This document shows positions 48,077-58,380 of a stretch of 64,000 bases of DNA, one piece after another. The DNA is from Pseudomonadota bacterium. Lineage in GTDB: Bacteria > Pseudomonadota > Alphaproteobacteria > UBA2136 > JASBTF01. Positions within the stretch are counted from its first letter, which is position 1; every line of letters begins with the position of its first letter. The stretch is from positions 49,218 through 113,217 of the forward strand of contig JASBTF010000002.1 in NCBI GenBank assembly GCA_030148545.1, given 5' to 3'. The notes under the pieces are model-generated. The model was not told where the DNA came from, did no database searches, and saw only the letters and a list, made by a program, of their open reading frames with translations. Position numbers and translations under genes: made by a program.

Positions 48077-49911
48077 TGAAGCGTATTGCTGCTCTTACCC
48101 TTAGCGTACTCCTTGCTGGCTGTACGGTAAGCCACGTACAAAAAAACAACCCGACCGATGCTTTTAAAGAGCACGACCGTGACCGTGCAGGACACAATGC
48201 GGTTGTTGGTGTAGGTGCACCGGTAAGTGTGCAAACAATGCGTGCTAATGCCACATTTAGCATGCGCGGTAGCCAAGACCTAGGCGCGGTGATGAAACGC
48301 CTCGCAGGGACGTACAACATGGGTGTGCGCTACGGTGATGGTGTGCGCATGAACCAGCTGAAAGACATTCTTATTTCTGAGCTCGATTTTAACGAGTCTC
48401 GTAGCTACATTGAAGATGTTTACGGTGTACAAATTATTCGTGAAGGTGAGCGTCGCTTGCTGGTATTGCCTTCGGCCAGTGCACCACGTGTAGGCAGTTT
48501 TGCCCCAGGCTTGAATGTAACTTTGGCGCAGGCTGTGCGCGGCCTATCGGACCTGTGTGGCTTTAACATGGTGATTACCGAGAACAAGCAAAAGCTGGCC
48601 ACCACTTTGGTTACGGCTAACTTGCAAGAAATCACCTGTCATGAAGCATTTGATGCGTTGTTGACGCCGCAAGGTTTATCGTTGGTGGATGAAGGTAGCT
48701 ACTATACCATTAGTGGTTTCCCTACCCGTAACTGGCGTATTAATTTGTACGAGCCAGAGCGTAGTGAAAGCCAACAGCTGACGTATCAATCTCAGTTTGG
48801 TGGTGAGAGCTCTGAAGGGTCTTCTAGTCAGTCTGTTGGTGGTAGTGCCAACATGAGCATTAGCGTAGAGCGTAACTTGTTTGATGACCTTGAAAAGGAT
48901 TTGACCGAACTGCTGGATAAATCTTGTGAAGAGGCGAAATCGGCCGCCAGCTCTGCTGGTGTGGCTGTGTTAAATCCAAATGCTGGTATTGCACCGTTGC
49001 CAAGCGTAGCAACACCTGATGCGGGTGGCGATACTGTTTGTGGCTATGTGCGTGTGAACAAATCGGTTGGTTTGGTGCAAATGCGTGCGCCTCACAAGGT
49101 GCTAGAGCATGCCGAGCAGCTCATTAAGCAAATTGAAGATATTGCTAGCCGCCGCCTGATGGTAGAGGCGCGTGTGCTGGCGGTAACGCGTGATAACAAC
49201 TTTAACAAATTTGGTAACCTCACAACCGATGATTTGGCCGGGATTTCTGGCAGCAATAACGCGGCACCTGGTGACCAGCTGACACTTGCTTTGTCTAATA
49301 GTGGTAGCGTAGCAAGCCAGCTTACTAACTTGCTGAACAGTGCAAACATTACCTTTAAAACAGGCTCGCTAGACGCTGTGGTTGGTATTGCTGAGCGTTT
49401 TGGTACGACCTATCAACTGATGAAGCCAACAATGGAAGTTATGGACCGCCAGCGCGCGACGTTGATTGACGGCTTTAACCAGATTTACTTTGAGGTAGAC
49501 ACCACCACCGACACCACAACAGGCGGTAGTGTAACTAACGAAGATGTAAACATTAAAACTCAGTTTGTAGGGTTGCAGTTTAGTGTTGTAGCCCAAGTGG
49601 CCGATGAAGGTGAGCCGCACACAGTGCAGCTACAGCTACCTATTACCGAAATCCTTGAGTTTGTCGATATTCCGGGTAGTGGTGGTAAGGCACCGGTGGT
49701 TTCCACACGTCTGATCGACCAAAAAGTACGTGTTCGTGATGGTGAGATTAAAGTTATTGGTGGTTTAACCAAAACCGTAGCGCGTGATACGCGCAGCGGT
49801 ACACCGTTGATTGGTAATATTCCTGCGGTGGGTGAGCTCGCTAAATCGGAAGATATTGATTACGAGCAGGTAGAGTTTGTAGTTTTGCTGCAGGTAAAAC
49901 GCTTGCAATAA
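48076..49911 (+). CDS. Secretin (lipoprotein-type, as in type IVb pilus BfpB/TcpC/PilN-R64 secretins)
   Basis: Lipobox LLAGCTV. The C-terminal secretin signature is ...VRVRDGEIKVIGGLTKTVARDTRSGTPLIGNIPAVGELAKSEDIDYEQVEFVVLLQVKRL. Confidence 0.8.
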   Translation: MKRIAALTLSVLLAGCTVSHVQKNNPTDAFKEHDRDRAGHNAVVGVGAPVSVQTMRANATFSMRGSQDLGAVMKRLAGTYNMGVRYGDGVRMNQLKDILISELDFNESRSYIEDVYGVQIIREGERRLLVLPSASAPRVGSFAPGLNVTLAQAVRGLSDLCGFNMVITENKQKLATTLVTANLQEITCHEAFDALLTPQGLSLVDEGSYYTISGFPTRNWRINLYEPERSESQQLTYQSQFGGESSEGSSSQSVGGSANMSISVERNLFDDLEKDLTELLDKSCEEAKSAASSAGVAVLNPNAGIAPLPSVATPDAGGDTVCGYVRVNKSVGLVQMRAPHKVLEHAEQLIKQIEDIASRRLMVEARVLAVTRDNNFNKFGNLTTDDLAGISGSNNAAPGDQLTLALSNSGSVASQLTNLLNSANITFKTGSLDAVVGIAERFGTTYQLMKPTMEVMDRQRATLIDGFNQIYFEVDTTTDTTTGGSVTNEDVNIKTQFVGLQFSVVAQVADEGEPHTVQLQLPITEILEFVDIPGSGGKAPVVSTRLIDQKVRVRDGEIKVIGGLTKTVARDTRSGTPLIGNIPAVGELAKSEDIDYEQVEFVVLLQVKRLQ

Positions 49912-49998
49912 CAAGAAAAAGTCAGGAAGATGTCAGACATGTTTTTGAAAAGTCACATAAACCACACGCAACCGCACCAATTGCGGAAGGGGGAATAT

Positions 49999-50685
49999 AT
50001 GCAAAAATTTAATACTCAGCACTGGCAACAGCTGCTGCAACAACGCAACCGTGCAGCACAGCACGCTGGTTATACCATTGACCAAACTGTGCTGATTGTT
50101 GCGATTATCGCGATTTTGATCACCATTATTGTAACCACCGTGGGTATTGACCTTATTAACCGTGCAAGCGGTACTAAAATGTCATCCCAGCTTAAGCAGG
50201 TGGAAGACTCTGTGAGTGTGTTCTTTGCGAACAACCTGTTTTGGCCTCACCAAGACCCAGCTATTGTTGATACAACCAACGCTGGCTACTTGGCTGCTGA
50301 TGATACAACAGCGCTAACCAACGCCTTTGCGGATGAGTTCCCAGGCTTTGAAGTTGTAGGTATTTTGCAGCACACCTTTGGTATTGGTGGCGGTAACATT
50401 GAAATTATCCACGTACAGGACATTCCTGCTGCGGGTACCGACCGCTACGTAGTATTGTTCCGCGATGTGCCATACGAGGAAGCAAACAATGCTGACCGTG
50501 CAATTGATGGCCGTACCGCTGCTGGTAACGAAGGTCGCCTACGTATTGGTGAAAATGATGGTGCTCTAGCTGATGTTGCAGACTGTAACGCCGGTACCGA
50601 CACCGCAGCCAACGACCGTGCAGCTGATGCAGATGATGATGGTCTGGTAGACGTGTGCTACCAAGCGAACATCACCGCCAACTAA
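49999..50685 (+). CDS. Putative type IVb-like major pilin, atypical. It has a 24-aa basic leader ending in Gly and a hydrophobic alpha1-N, but Asp4/Gln5 instead of Glu5.
   Basis: MQKFNTQHWQQLLQQRNRAAQHAG | YTIDQTVLIVAIIAILITIIVTTVGIDL. Strong SD (gaagggggaa). The C-terminal Cys pair (DCNAG...VCYQ) would suit a disulfide D-region. Confidence 0.45.
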   Translation: MQKFNTQHWQQLLQQRNRAAQHAGYTIDQTVLIVAIIAILITIIVTTVGIDLINRASGTKMSSQLKQVEDSVSVFFANNLFWPHQDPAIVDTTNAGYLAADDTTALTNAFADEFPGFEVVGILQHTFGIGGGNIEIIHVQDIPAAGTDRYVVLFRDVPYEEANNADRAIDGRTAAGNEGRLRIGENDGALADVADCNAGTDTAANDRAADADDDGLVDVCYQANITAN

Positions 50686-50713
50686 GCGGAGTAACCAACT
50701 AATCTAAAAACTC

Positions 50714-52612
50714 ATGGCCGATAATAATAACAAGACGCCAGCAGCAACGCCCTCCACTTCGGGGGGTGTTGGTGCCTTTGATGGGCAGGTTTCTGGCGCT
50801 TATGACGAGCAAGCTGTGAGTGATGGCCCAGTGCCCGATTTAAGTTTGGGCCAGCAAACAAGCGAGGGTGATGGTCTGCTGAGTCAGCAAACCAATGCGG
50901 CGGTGGAGAGCACCAGTAACTATCGCGATTTTTACCGTACTGTACTGGAAACATTATTAGCTTCTACAGACCTGGATTTGGACCAAATGGCCAAGGACCA
51001 GGTAAAAGCTGCGTTAGAGAGCAACAAACTCCCTCAGCTTGCAGCACGAGAGCTCATAAATCGCCGTTTAATTAACCGCGTGCAGTTGGCACGTGCGGTT
51101 GCGCGTACAAATGGCCGTAAAGAGATTCTATCCACCTTAGATTTGCCGCCAGAGGCAGATATGTTGCGCCGGGACCTGCCGGATAAGGTGAACCAGTTGC
51201 TACGTAACGAGCGGATGGTGCCTATTTACCTGAAAGAGCTAGGTGGTGGCCGTAAGGAGTTGCATGTAGCGCATGAAGGTGGTGCAAGCGACATGGTAGT
51301 GGAAAGTGCGCTGACCGACCTGCTGCCACAGCATGATTTTGTGTGGCACTTTATTCGTCGTGAAGTAGCTGGTGCGTTTTGGCTGGCTGGCGAAGACGAC
51401 AACATTGATGCCAATATGGAAGCTGAGGCGCTGCTGGATCGTATTATTGATAATGCGATTGATGCGCGTTCTAGTGATATTCACATTGATCCTTCCATTA
51501 AGGGTGAGCCGCGCGCCATTGTGAAATACCGGATTGATGGTTTTGTGCACCCGCGCGAGGCAATTACGCTGCAGCAGCTAGACCGCTTGCGGGTGCGTAT
51601 TGAAAACTTGGCGCGTATGCCTAAGGTAAACCTGAACCACCCTAACAAAGGGGCGTTTACCCGTGGTGGCTATGACTGGCGTGTACAAATTCAGCCACAT
51701 GCTGGCCGTTTGGGCCCTGTGCCGCGCGTGGTTATTCGTCGCCTGAACCCTGACGTGATGCCGATGGAAGCTTTGGGGTACCCACCAGACTTTATTGAAA
51801 AGATTAAATCAGCCGCTGCAGCACCAGATGGTGTGCTGCTGTGGACGGGTCCTACTGGTTCGGGTAAGACCGAGTCCATCCACTCTGCGGTGGTGAGTGT
51901 AAACCCAATGGCACGTGGGTTGAGTGTTCACACTATTGAAGACCCCCCTGAGAAGCGTGTGACGGGTTATGCGGTGCAAATGGAGATATCGGAGGAAGAT
52001 CCTGCACGATTTGGCCTTCCGTTGCTTAAATCGTCTCTCCGTGCGGACCCTGATGTGGTTGTTTTTGGTGAGGTGCGAGATGCCCCTATGGCCAAGTTGG
52101 TGTTTGAAGCTGCCAACACAGGTCACCTTGTGTTTACAACATTGCACACCAACAGCGCGTTGGATGCGGTGAAGCGTTTGGATGAATTGGGCACCGGCGG
52201 CTTTATGATTTCTTATGTGCGGGGTATTGCCTCCCAGCGATTAGTGCGACGTTTATGCACGCACTGCCGTGTGCCAATGGAAGAACCTGATGAATATACA
52301 CAATATGTTTTTGACAAATATAACGTATCGCTAGATGGTGCTAAGCTATTTAAGGCTAAGCCACAGGGTTGCCCAAGTTGTAATTTCCTTGGTTATTATG
52401 GCCGTATTGCAATGGCGGAATGGTTGCGCCCAACGAAGGAGTTGGTAGAGGTGTGTGCCAGTGGTAACTACGATGATTTGGAAGATGTAGCCCGCCGTGC
52501 TGGTTGGTTGCCTATGGGTCATATGGGGACGTTGCACGTTAAAAACGGTATTACCGACTGTGCCGAGCTTTCCACCAAAGTACTTGAGCTTGCCGGCGAG
52601 CTGCTGACGTAA
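50714..52612 (+). CDS. GspE/PilB/TcpT-family secretion/pilus assembly ATPase with a long N-terminal extension
   Basis: Walker A LLWTGPTGSGKTES, Asp box, Walker B DPDVVVFGEVRD, His box FTTLHTNSALDAV, tetracysteine CTHC...CPSC Zn motif. Confidence 0.85.
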   Translation: MADNNNKTPAATPSTSGGVGAFDGQVSGAYDEQAVSDGPVPDLSLGQQTSEGDGLLSQQTNAAVESTSNYRDFYRTVLETLLASTDLDLDQMAKDQVKAALESNKLPQLAARELINRRLINRVQLARAVARTNGRKEILSTLDLPPEADMLRRDLPDKVNQLLRNERMVPIYLKELGGGRKELHVAHEGGASDMVVESALTDLLPQHDFVWHFIRREVAGAFWLAGEDDNIDANMEAEALLDRIIDNAIDARSSDIHIDPSIKGEPRAIVKYRIDGFVHPREAITLQQLDRLRVRIENLARMPKVNLNHPNKGAFTRGGYDWRVQIQPHAGRLGPVPRVVIRRLNPDVMPMEALGYPPDFIEKIKSAAAAPDGVLLWTGPTGSGKTESIHSAVVSVNPMARGLSVHTIEDPPEKRVTGYAVQMEISEEDPARFGLPLLKSSLRADPDVVVFGEVRDAPMAKLVFEAANTGHLVFTTLHTNSALDAVKRLDELGTGGFMISYVRGIASQRLVRRLCTHCRVPMEEPDEYTQYVFDKYNVSLDGAKLFKAKPQGCPSCNFLGYYGRIAMAEWLRPTKELVEVCASGNYDDLEDVARRAGWLPMGHMGTLHVKNGITDCAELSTKVLELAGELLT

Positions 52613-52753
52613 AACTGCTCTTACGCTCTTACGGGTTAGAAATGTTGGCCTGTTTAGTGCGAAGTTATCAATAATCACACACTGCGCCCGCTCAATGTTT
52701 CGGTGCGGTTTGTTTTGCTGGAGATTTGTTGAGATAGGAGATAGGCTAAGTCT

Positions 52754-53836
52754 ATGCTTGATATTCAGGTCGGTATTACGAGTTTAGGAATTGAGGATCG
52801 GATTGCGTTTTTCCGGACTCTTTCTAGCTGGTTGCAGTCGGGCGGTGGTATGGCCGTGGCCGAGGCTGTGAAGAATACCTGCGACGGTTTTAGCCGTGAT
52901 GAGTATAAAACCCTGAAGAGCAAAATGGATATTATTGTACGTGCGGTACAAAGTGGCCAAACACCGTTTTATATGGCGCTGCGCGATGCAAATATTGGTT
53001 TTCAACGCCAAGAACTGGCAATTTTAGAGGCTTCGGAAAAAAGTAACCAGCTGAAAGAGGCTGTGCCATCGCTTGTTGAAGCGCTTGATACGCGCCATAA
53101 AAGCCGTAAAGCGCTGGTGGGTAAACTAACCATGCCGCTTATTGGTGGTTTTGCGTTGATTTTGATGTCGCTCGGGGTGTTGATTGTCATGATGCCTACC
53201 ATTATGGAGCCAACGCTAAAGCGTAACCCTGAGGCGCTATATGACTTTCCATCCATTATTCGTTTTTACTGGTATGCTTCTGTATGGTTGCGGGCTAATT
53301 GGTTGGTAACCACCATTTTTGGATTGTCTCCAGTTATTTTGATGATTATGCGTTTTGTGCCAGCATTTAAGCCTATTTTTCAACGTACGTTGGTACAGCT
53401 ACCGATAACTAAAAAGCTGATTATTAACTTTAATGCCATGGTGGTGGTGTATTTTATGCCAGCGCTGCTGCGCAGTGGTATGCCAACACACCAAGTGTTG
53501 GATACGTTGGCTGACTGTGTGGATAACATTAGTTTGGCCAATATTTTACGCACAGCTGCGCAAGAGCATGAAGGTGGGGTGCGTATGAGTGATGCGGTAC
53601 AGCTTTTGCCGTTTAGAACATCGTTTGTGAATGCCGTGCACTCGGGTGAGTTAACTGGGGCCATTGCCGACCGTGTGGCAGATTTAAAAGAGCCTTATAC
53701 CTTGGAGCTAACGCGCCAAATTGGTAAAATTACCAAAACGCTAATGACAATGGTGATGGCCGTATTGTTGCCGCTGTTTATGATTAGTACCTACACAACA
53801 TTGATGGCGCCGATTTTTGCGCTGATGAATTTTTAG
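52754..53836 (+). CDS. GspF/PilC/TcpE-family inner-membrane platform protein
   Basis: 360 aa. N-terminal cytoplasmic helical domain plus 3 TM regions. The size and topology match the T2SSF family. Sits immediately after the ATPase. Confidence 0.6.
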   Translation: MLDIQVGITSLGIEDRIAFFRTLSSWLQSGGGMAVAEAVKNTCDGFSRDEYKTLKSKMDIIVRAVQSGQTPFYMALRDANIGFQRQELAILEASEKSNQLKEAVPSLVEALDTRHKSRKALVGKLTMPLIGGFALILMSLGVLIVMMPTIMEPTLKRNPEALYDFPSIIRFYWYASVWLRANWLVTTIFGLSPVILMIMRFVPAFKPIFQRTLVQLPITKKLIINFNAMVVVYFMPALLRSGMPTHQVLDTLADCVDNISLANILRTAAQEHEGGVRMSDAVQLLPFRTSFVNAVHSGELTGAIADRVADLKEPYTLELTRQIGKITKTLMTMVMAVLLPLFMISTYTTLMAPIFALMNF

Positions 53837-53845
53837 GAGAGCGTA

Positions 53846-54958
53846 ATGAGATATGTAATGTTCTCTCCCCAAGGTAAGCACTACGAGAATGGCTCTAGTG
53901 GTGAGATGACCGGTATTTTTGTACCAAATGCTGACCAAATCCGCCGTTTAGAGAACTTGCCAGATCCAAACCGCCGCAGTGTTGCTGAGCGTTACGGCGC
54001 AGGAACACGTATTCCGTTGTGGAATAGCACGGTGGGTGGCACGTGGGTGTTTGGGACCATGGATGAAGCTTTGGCAGAGCGCCGGCATGGGCTGAGCGTT
54101 TACTTGCCGCAGCACTTTGTGCCGGAAAGCTGCGATGTTTTTTACTTTGTATTTGGCCGCGAATGGATTGTGCATGGCGTGCGCACGGTTTCGGACGAAG
54201 GGTTTGTAGACTGGCGTGTTTCCAAAATGCAAGCAACCGAACAAAGCGTTATGGACGAGTTGTTAGGTTCTATTAGTAGCCGCATGCTTACCGGCACGCA
54301 GGACCAAGCGCTGATTGCGGTGATGGGTGATGACAAGCTGCTGGCTGATGTAAAAGCAGTTGTAGAGCCGTTAAATTTGGATGTAACGCGTTTTTCAGCG
54401 CTATCGCCACAAAAGGCAACCAAACCACTATACAAACATGGTGATTTTGGGCTGATGATGCTCACAGTGGCGACGTTTGCTGCACTTACACTGGTTGCGG
54501 TGAGTATTCTGTTTTTGCTGAACACCAAGGAATATAATGATTTGAAGAATAATGTGCGTAAGGTTCAGGCGCAGATTAGTCGGGTGCAGCTTAATAAAAA
54601 TATTTCGGTAAAAGCACCGCGGGTGGTGCTGGCAGCTATTGAAAAGCCATATAACTTTAAAGTTTCAGATGTTGCGAGCGCCGTGGGTGAGGCCATAAGT
54701 GTGTTTGGTGAAGTTAGCAAGGTGAATGTGGGCCATGGTGCACAGGACCGTTTTGAGCGCCGCATTGGCCAGCAATATGTGGTGGATGCAACGGTAGAGC
54801 TAAAGAATGTTGATGCCGCCTTGTTGGTAGCCCAAGAAGAAGTGGCGCAGCAGATATTAAAAACACGCCCATGGATTAAGCGCATTGAGCGCATTGACGG
54901 TGGCTCGACAGGGCCAAACGCAACGATGACGCTCAAAGTAACGGTGCAGGTGCGATAA
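53846..54958 (+). CDS. Bitopic inner-membrane protein with the GspL/BfpC-like topology (cytoplasmic domain ~190 aa, one TM, periplasmic domain)
   Basis: Single TM FGLMMLTVATFAALTLVAVSILFLL in mid-sequence. Position in the operon. Confidence 0.4.
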   Translation: MRYVMFSPQGKHYENGSSGEMTGIFVPNADQIRRLENLPDPNRRSVAERYGAGTRIPLWNSTVGGTWVFGTMDEALAERRHGLSVYLPQHFVPESCDVFYFVFGREWIVHGVRTVSDEGFVDWRVSKMQATEQSVMDELLGSISSRMLTGTQDQALIAVMGDDKLLADVKAVVEPLNLDVTRFSALSPQKATKPLYKHGDFGLMMLTVATFAALTLVAVSILFLLNTKEYNDLKNNVRKVQAQISRVQLNKNISVKAPRVVLAAIEKPYNFKVSDVASAVGEAISVFGEVSKVNVGHGAQDRFERRIGQQYVVDATVELKNVDAALLVAQEEVAQQILKTRPWIKRIERIDGGSTGPNATMTLKVTVQVR

Positions 54959-55458
54959 TGAAAAGAACAACTTTTAAATACCTTTGGCTGGCGACAGTAT
55001 TCTTTTTGCTGATTAGCTCGTTTTTTGTTTACCGACAAAGTTTGTCTATGCAGAGCGATATTGACCGCGCGAGTATGCGCCTGGAGCAATTAAAGCGTGA
55101 CTTGCGGGCGAGTGAGCAGCTTTCTATTGATTTGGCAGCGCTAGATGACCTGACCATGAATGAGAAAAACGCTACCAAGCTAGATGTGTTGCGCCACCTT
55201 GGTTTGGCAGAGTCTAATTACAAGTATAATGGTGGTAGCCGAAGTGAACGCCGCTTGGGGAACACGCGCCTTTATATTCGCCGCTTTACACTACAGGGTG
55301 AAGATACCTACGAGCAGGTGATAAACCAGCTTAATGTGTTGAATGATAACCAAAAAGTATCTCTGCATGGTTTTACGCTGGCACCAGGTAAGGGCTATGG
55401 CGATACGGTGGCATTTAGTGCTGAGGCGCGTTTTTACGCGCTGGACAAGAAGGAGTAA
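54958..55458 (+). CDS. Small bitopic protein, GspM/PilO-like (N-terminal TM plus coiled coil)
   Basis: TM LWLATVFFLLISSFFVY, then a helical region. taATGa coupling. Confidence 0.4.
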   Translation: MKRTTFKYLWLATVFFLLISSFFVYRQSLSMQSDIDRASMRLEQLKRDLRASEQLSIDLAALDDLTMNEKNATKLDVLRHLGLAESNYKYNGGSRSERRLGNTRLYIRRFTLQGEDTYEQVINQLNVLNDNQKVSLHGFTLAPGKGYGDTVAFSAEARFYALDKKE

Positions 55459-55461
55459 GCT

Positions 55462-56082
55462 ATGAAGCGTCTTTGTTTTTTACTTCTTGTGACACCACAG
55501 TTATTTGCTGCACAGGCGTTGTGGCGTGTAGATAGCGAACAAGCTGGGGAACCAATGCCAAACCAAGAGCGTGCGGCATCTTTCTTCCCGCAGCGGGAAG
55601 CACCTGCACCAAAGATTGTGAAAAAACCACGCGAAGTGCAAAAGCCAAAAGCACCAACACTTACGGCTGCAGAGGTGCGTCGTCGTGAACGTGCGGTGCA
55701 GGCATCGCGCTTGCTCTCTGATATCCGCCAGTTGATGGCGAATGAAGAGTTATTACAGCCGCGTATGGCTGATGTGACTATAACCGCATATGCCGAAGGC
55801 AGTAATGGTCCACGTGTGCTGATTGAAAACAGTTGGCGAGGTGCTGGCGAGGTGCTGGTTGTACCGGTGCAGCGCACAGGTAAAATTGTGGAATTGGTAG
55901 AGCAACTACGTAGTTTTGACCAAGCTTTGGCCGGTAATGTGGAAGAAGAGTTAAATGAAATTGCTGACCTTTCTACCGAAGTAAGCCTAGAGCTGCTGGA
56001 GGTAGATAAAGAACATATTCGGCTACGCCAACCCGATGGCAAAGTACACGTTATTCCGGTGGTTGTCGGCCAAGGCTGGTAA
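55462..56082 (+). CDS. Periplasmic protein of the cluster (signal peptide; PilP/GspC-like?)
   Basis: Signal peptide MKRLCFLLLVTPQLFAAQA. A basic stretch is followed by a beta-rich C-terminus. Confidence 0.35.
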   Translation: MKRLCFLLLVTPQLFAAQALWRVDSEQAGEPMPNQERAASFFPQREAPAPKIVKKPREVQKPKAPTLTAAEVRRRERAVQASRLLSDIRQLMANEELLQPRMADVTITAYAEGSNGPRVLIENSWRGAGEVLVVPVQRTGKIVELVEQLRSFDQALAGNVEEELNEIADLSTEVSLELLEVDKEHIRLRQPDGKVHVIPVVVGQGW

Positions 56083-56122
56083 CATGCCCCATAAGTTAAC
56101 TAACGGGGGATAAAACACATAA

Positions 56123-57178
56123 ATGCAAGCGCTCATTTACATGACGCTGTTTGGGATATTACTGGCCACAACGGGTGGTCTTATTGGTGTTGCACTAGAC
56201 TCCTCCACACAATTGATTCAGCAACAAGTAAATGCCACTAAGCAGTACTTTGAGCAGGTTGAGTTTATTATGACTGAGCACGTGCTGGCAGACAGTATGG
56301 AATTGCCAACGTTGGTGCTCCCCGAAGATATATTTTTGTTAGATGAAGTACAAAATGGTGTGCTGTGGCAGGGGGAGAATACACAAACCGATTTGTGGCG
56401 TGAGTCGTTTGAAGTGCTAACCGCAACAGATTGGTTGCCCGTGGTGAGTACACCTGGAGGGTATGTTACTGCAACTGTGCAGGCTTTTGCGCTGGTTTCT
56501 AGCGGGCCAGATAAACAGTTTGATGCGGATACTCAAAGCGCGATGAATGCCGCTCAAGATACAATTAACGACTATACGGATGTTACAAACCTAGCCGCAG
56601 TTGCTGGCGGGGATGATATTGTTCATACGTTTAATACGGCAACCCCATCGCTACAGTTTTGGAACCAAATTGATGCAGCGGTAGAACGCTTGGCTTTTGG
56701 TTTGGAGAGTTATTACTCGCAAGAGTTAAAAAACTTTAACCGCGATTTGGTAGTTTGGTTACAAGACTATTACGATAACTTTGGCCACACCTATGTGTAT
56801 GATCCAATTACAGGCAGTTATTCGGTAAACGTAACTGATACCAGCTGGTTGGCACTTGTAGATACCAAGCCAACTATGGTGACGATGACGCTAAATTTAC
56901 GCCAAATTGCGCAAGATGTTGCCGATGGCTTGGCCGTAGATCCCACCACCACGTTATATGAGCTACCAGACCCGGTGGGGATGGCAGATGCATTGAATTT
57001 TTTGTTGGTAGAGTCGGGCTTGACGATGCTGTTTTGTAATGCCAGCGCAACGGTGGTAGGCTGCAATTCAACAGGGGTAAATAACGATATGATTCGTGTG
57101 GTTTACCAAAAAGACCCCAGCGCAAGTAGTTGGAATATTGACATGAATGTGTTGGTTAATGAGGAGATAGAGTTTTAA
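56123..57178 (+). CDS. Membrane-anchored protein with a hydrophobic N-terminus (possible non-canonical pilin-like or assembly protein)
   Basis: MQALIYMTLFGILLATTGGLIGVAL N-terminus. No G-F/M-T-L-x-E motif. Confidence 0.35.
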   Translation: MQALIYMTLFGILLATTGGLIGVALDSSTQLIQQQVNATKQYFEQVEFIMTEHVLADSMELPTLVLPEDIFLLDEVQNGVLWQGENTQTDLWRESFEVLTATDWLPVVSTPGGYVTATVQAFALVSSGPDKQFDADTQSAMNAAQDTINDYTDVTNLAAVAGGDDIVHTFNTATPSLQFWNQIDAAVERLAFGLESYYSQELKNFNRDLVVWLQDYYDNFGHTYVYDPITGSYSVNVTDTSWLALVDTKPTMVTMTLNLRQIAQDVADGLAVDPTTTLYELPDPVGMADALNFLLVESGLTMLFCNASATVVGCNSTGVNNDMIRVVYQKDPSASSWNIDMNVLVNEEIEF

Positions 57179-58362
57179 TGGTACAGCAGCGTAAACACGG
57201 TGGTTTCTCCTTGGTTGAAGTGGTGATGGTGCTGTCGGTGATGGCGATCCTCATGACCGTGGCCACACCATCTATTCTTGATTTTATTAACTTGCAGCGC
57301 GAGCGTGAGGAAGAAAACGTGCACCGCGAAATTCAAAAAGCGTTTGAGGCTTATGTGCGTGAGAATGGCTCGCTACCAGGTGCGGTATCGCTCACGGCGG
57401 AGCTGTCGCGGGTGAGTAATTTGTCCCAAGGGCAGCTAGATACCGACCAATGGGGCCGTCCTCGGGTTTATGTTATGCACACGGAGCAAGAAACATTTTT
57501 GGATGCTGATGTAGATATTAATTATGTAACGGTGTTTACCACCGGGCCAGACCGTATTGTAGACGCAGGTACTGTTGGCGTGGCGGTAGATGCCAACCAA
57601 GAGCCAGATGTGCTCACCGATGGTGACTGGTGGCATAATGGCGTTATTCCTGTAGATGAGTACCAAAACGTGGGTGCTGCAGGTGATGACCAGTTGACTA
57701 AGTTTACCGATTACCAAATTAAGATTGAGCAATACAACACCACGCTAGAGCGCATGCAGAACTTGGCCCGTGCGCTGGATATTTATGCGCAATCTCGGTT
57801 GATTGAGCAGCAGATTAATTACAACCAAAACCAGCCAACACCACCAGCTGCGCCATACTCAGTAGCAGCCGCTGCGGCGCTGGACCCTAAAAGCCCCTCT
57901 ATTTTGATGTTTTACCCACCATCGGACGCACCAGAAGCGGCAGACGCTTTTTATGCCAATGCCGATGGCCAGAACTATTACTCGCCAAATGTGCTGACAG
58001 ATATGGGCACCTACGGTTTTAGCGGTGGCCGGGTGGATAATGGCGCTGATGACCCAACACGCCGTACGGAAATGATTTTACTGATGCGCTTGCTTGGTTT
58101 GCCAGACAGTAACTGCTGTAGCGCGCTACACCGTGGCTCAGACGGTGAGGAGAAAGCTTTTTTCTACTTTAGCAACCCACGCCCACGTACAGGGGCTACG
58201 GCATGTGGTACGCGTCCTAGCTTGGCCGTATTGGACGATGGTGGTGGTAATGCCGTGGTAGATACGCTGGATTACCCCGTTTACGACGTAGATATTACCT
58301 TGCCGCCGCGCATTACCACCGACTTTATTGCTAATGGTAACAACGGCGCCACCTGTGGCTAG
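57178..58362 (+). CDS. Large (394 aa) type IV minor pilin / pilus-tip-like protein with a canonical class III signal
   Basis: MVQQRKHG | FSLVEVVMVLSVMAILMTVATPSI. This has the prepilin cleavage-site Gly, Phe+1, Glu+5 and a hydrophobic alpha1-N. Two C-terminal Cys pairs. Confidence 0.75.
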   Translation: MVQQRKHGGFSLVEVVMVLSVMAILMTVATPSILDFINLQREREEENVHREIQKAFEAYVRENGSLPGAVSLTAELSRVSNLSQGQLDTDQWGRPRVYVMHTEQETFLDADVDINYVTVFTTGPDRIVDAGTVGVAVDANQEPDVLTDGDWWHNGVIPVDEYQNVGAAGDDQLTKFTDYQIKIEQYNTTLERMQNLARALDIYAQSRLIEQQINYNQNQPTPPAAPYSVAAAAALDPKSPSILMFYPPSDAPEAADAFYANADGQNYYSPNVLTDMGTYGFSGGRVDNGADDPTRRTEMILLMRLLGLPDSNCCSALHRGSDGEEKAFFYFSNPRPRTGATACGTRPSLAVLDDGGGNAVVDTLDYPVYDVDITLPPRITTDFIANGNNGATCG

Positions 58363-58380
58363 CCTAAACGTCAGACAATT

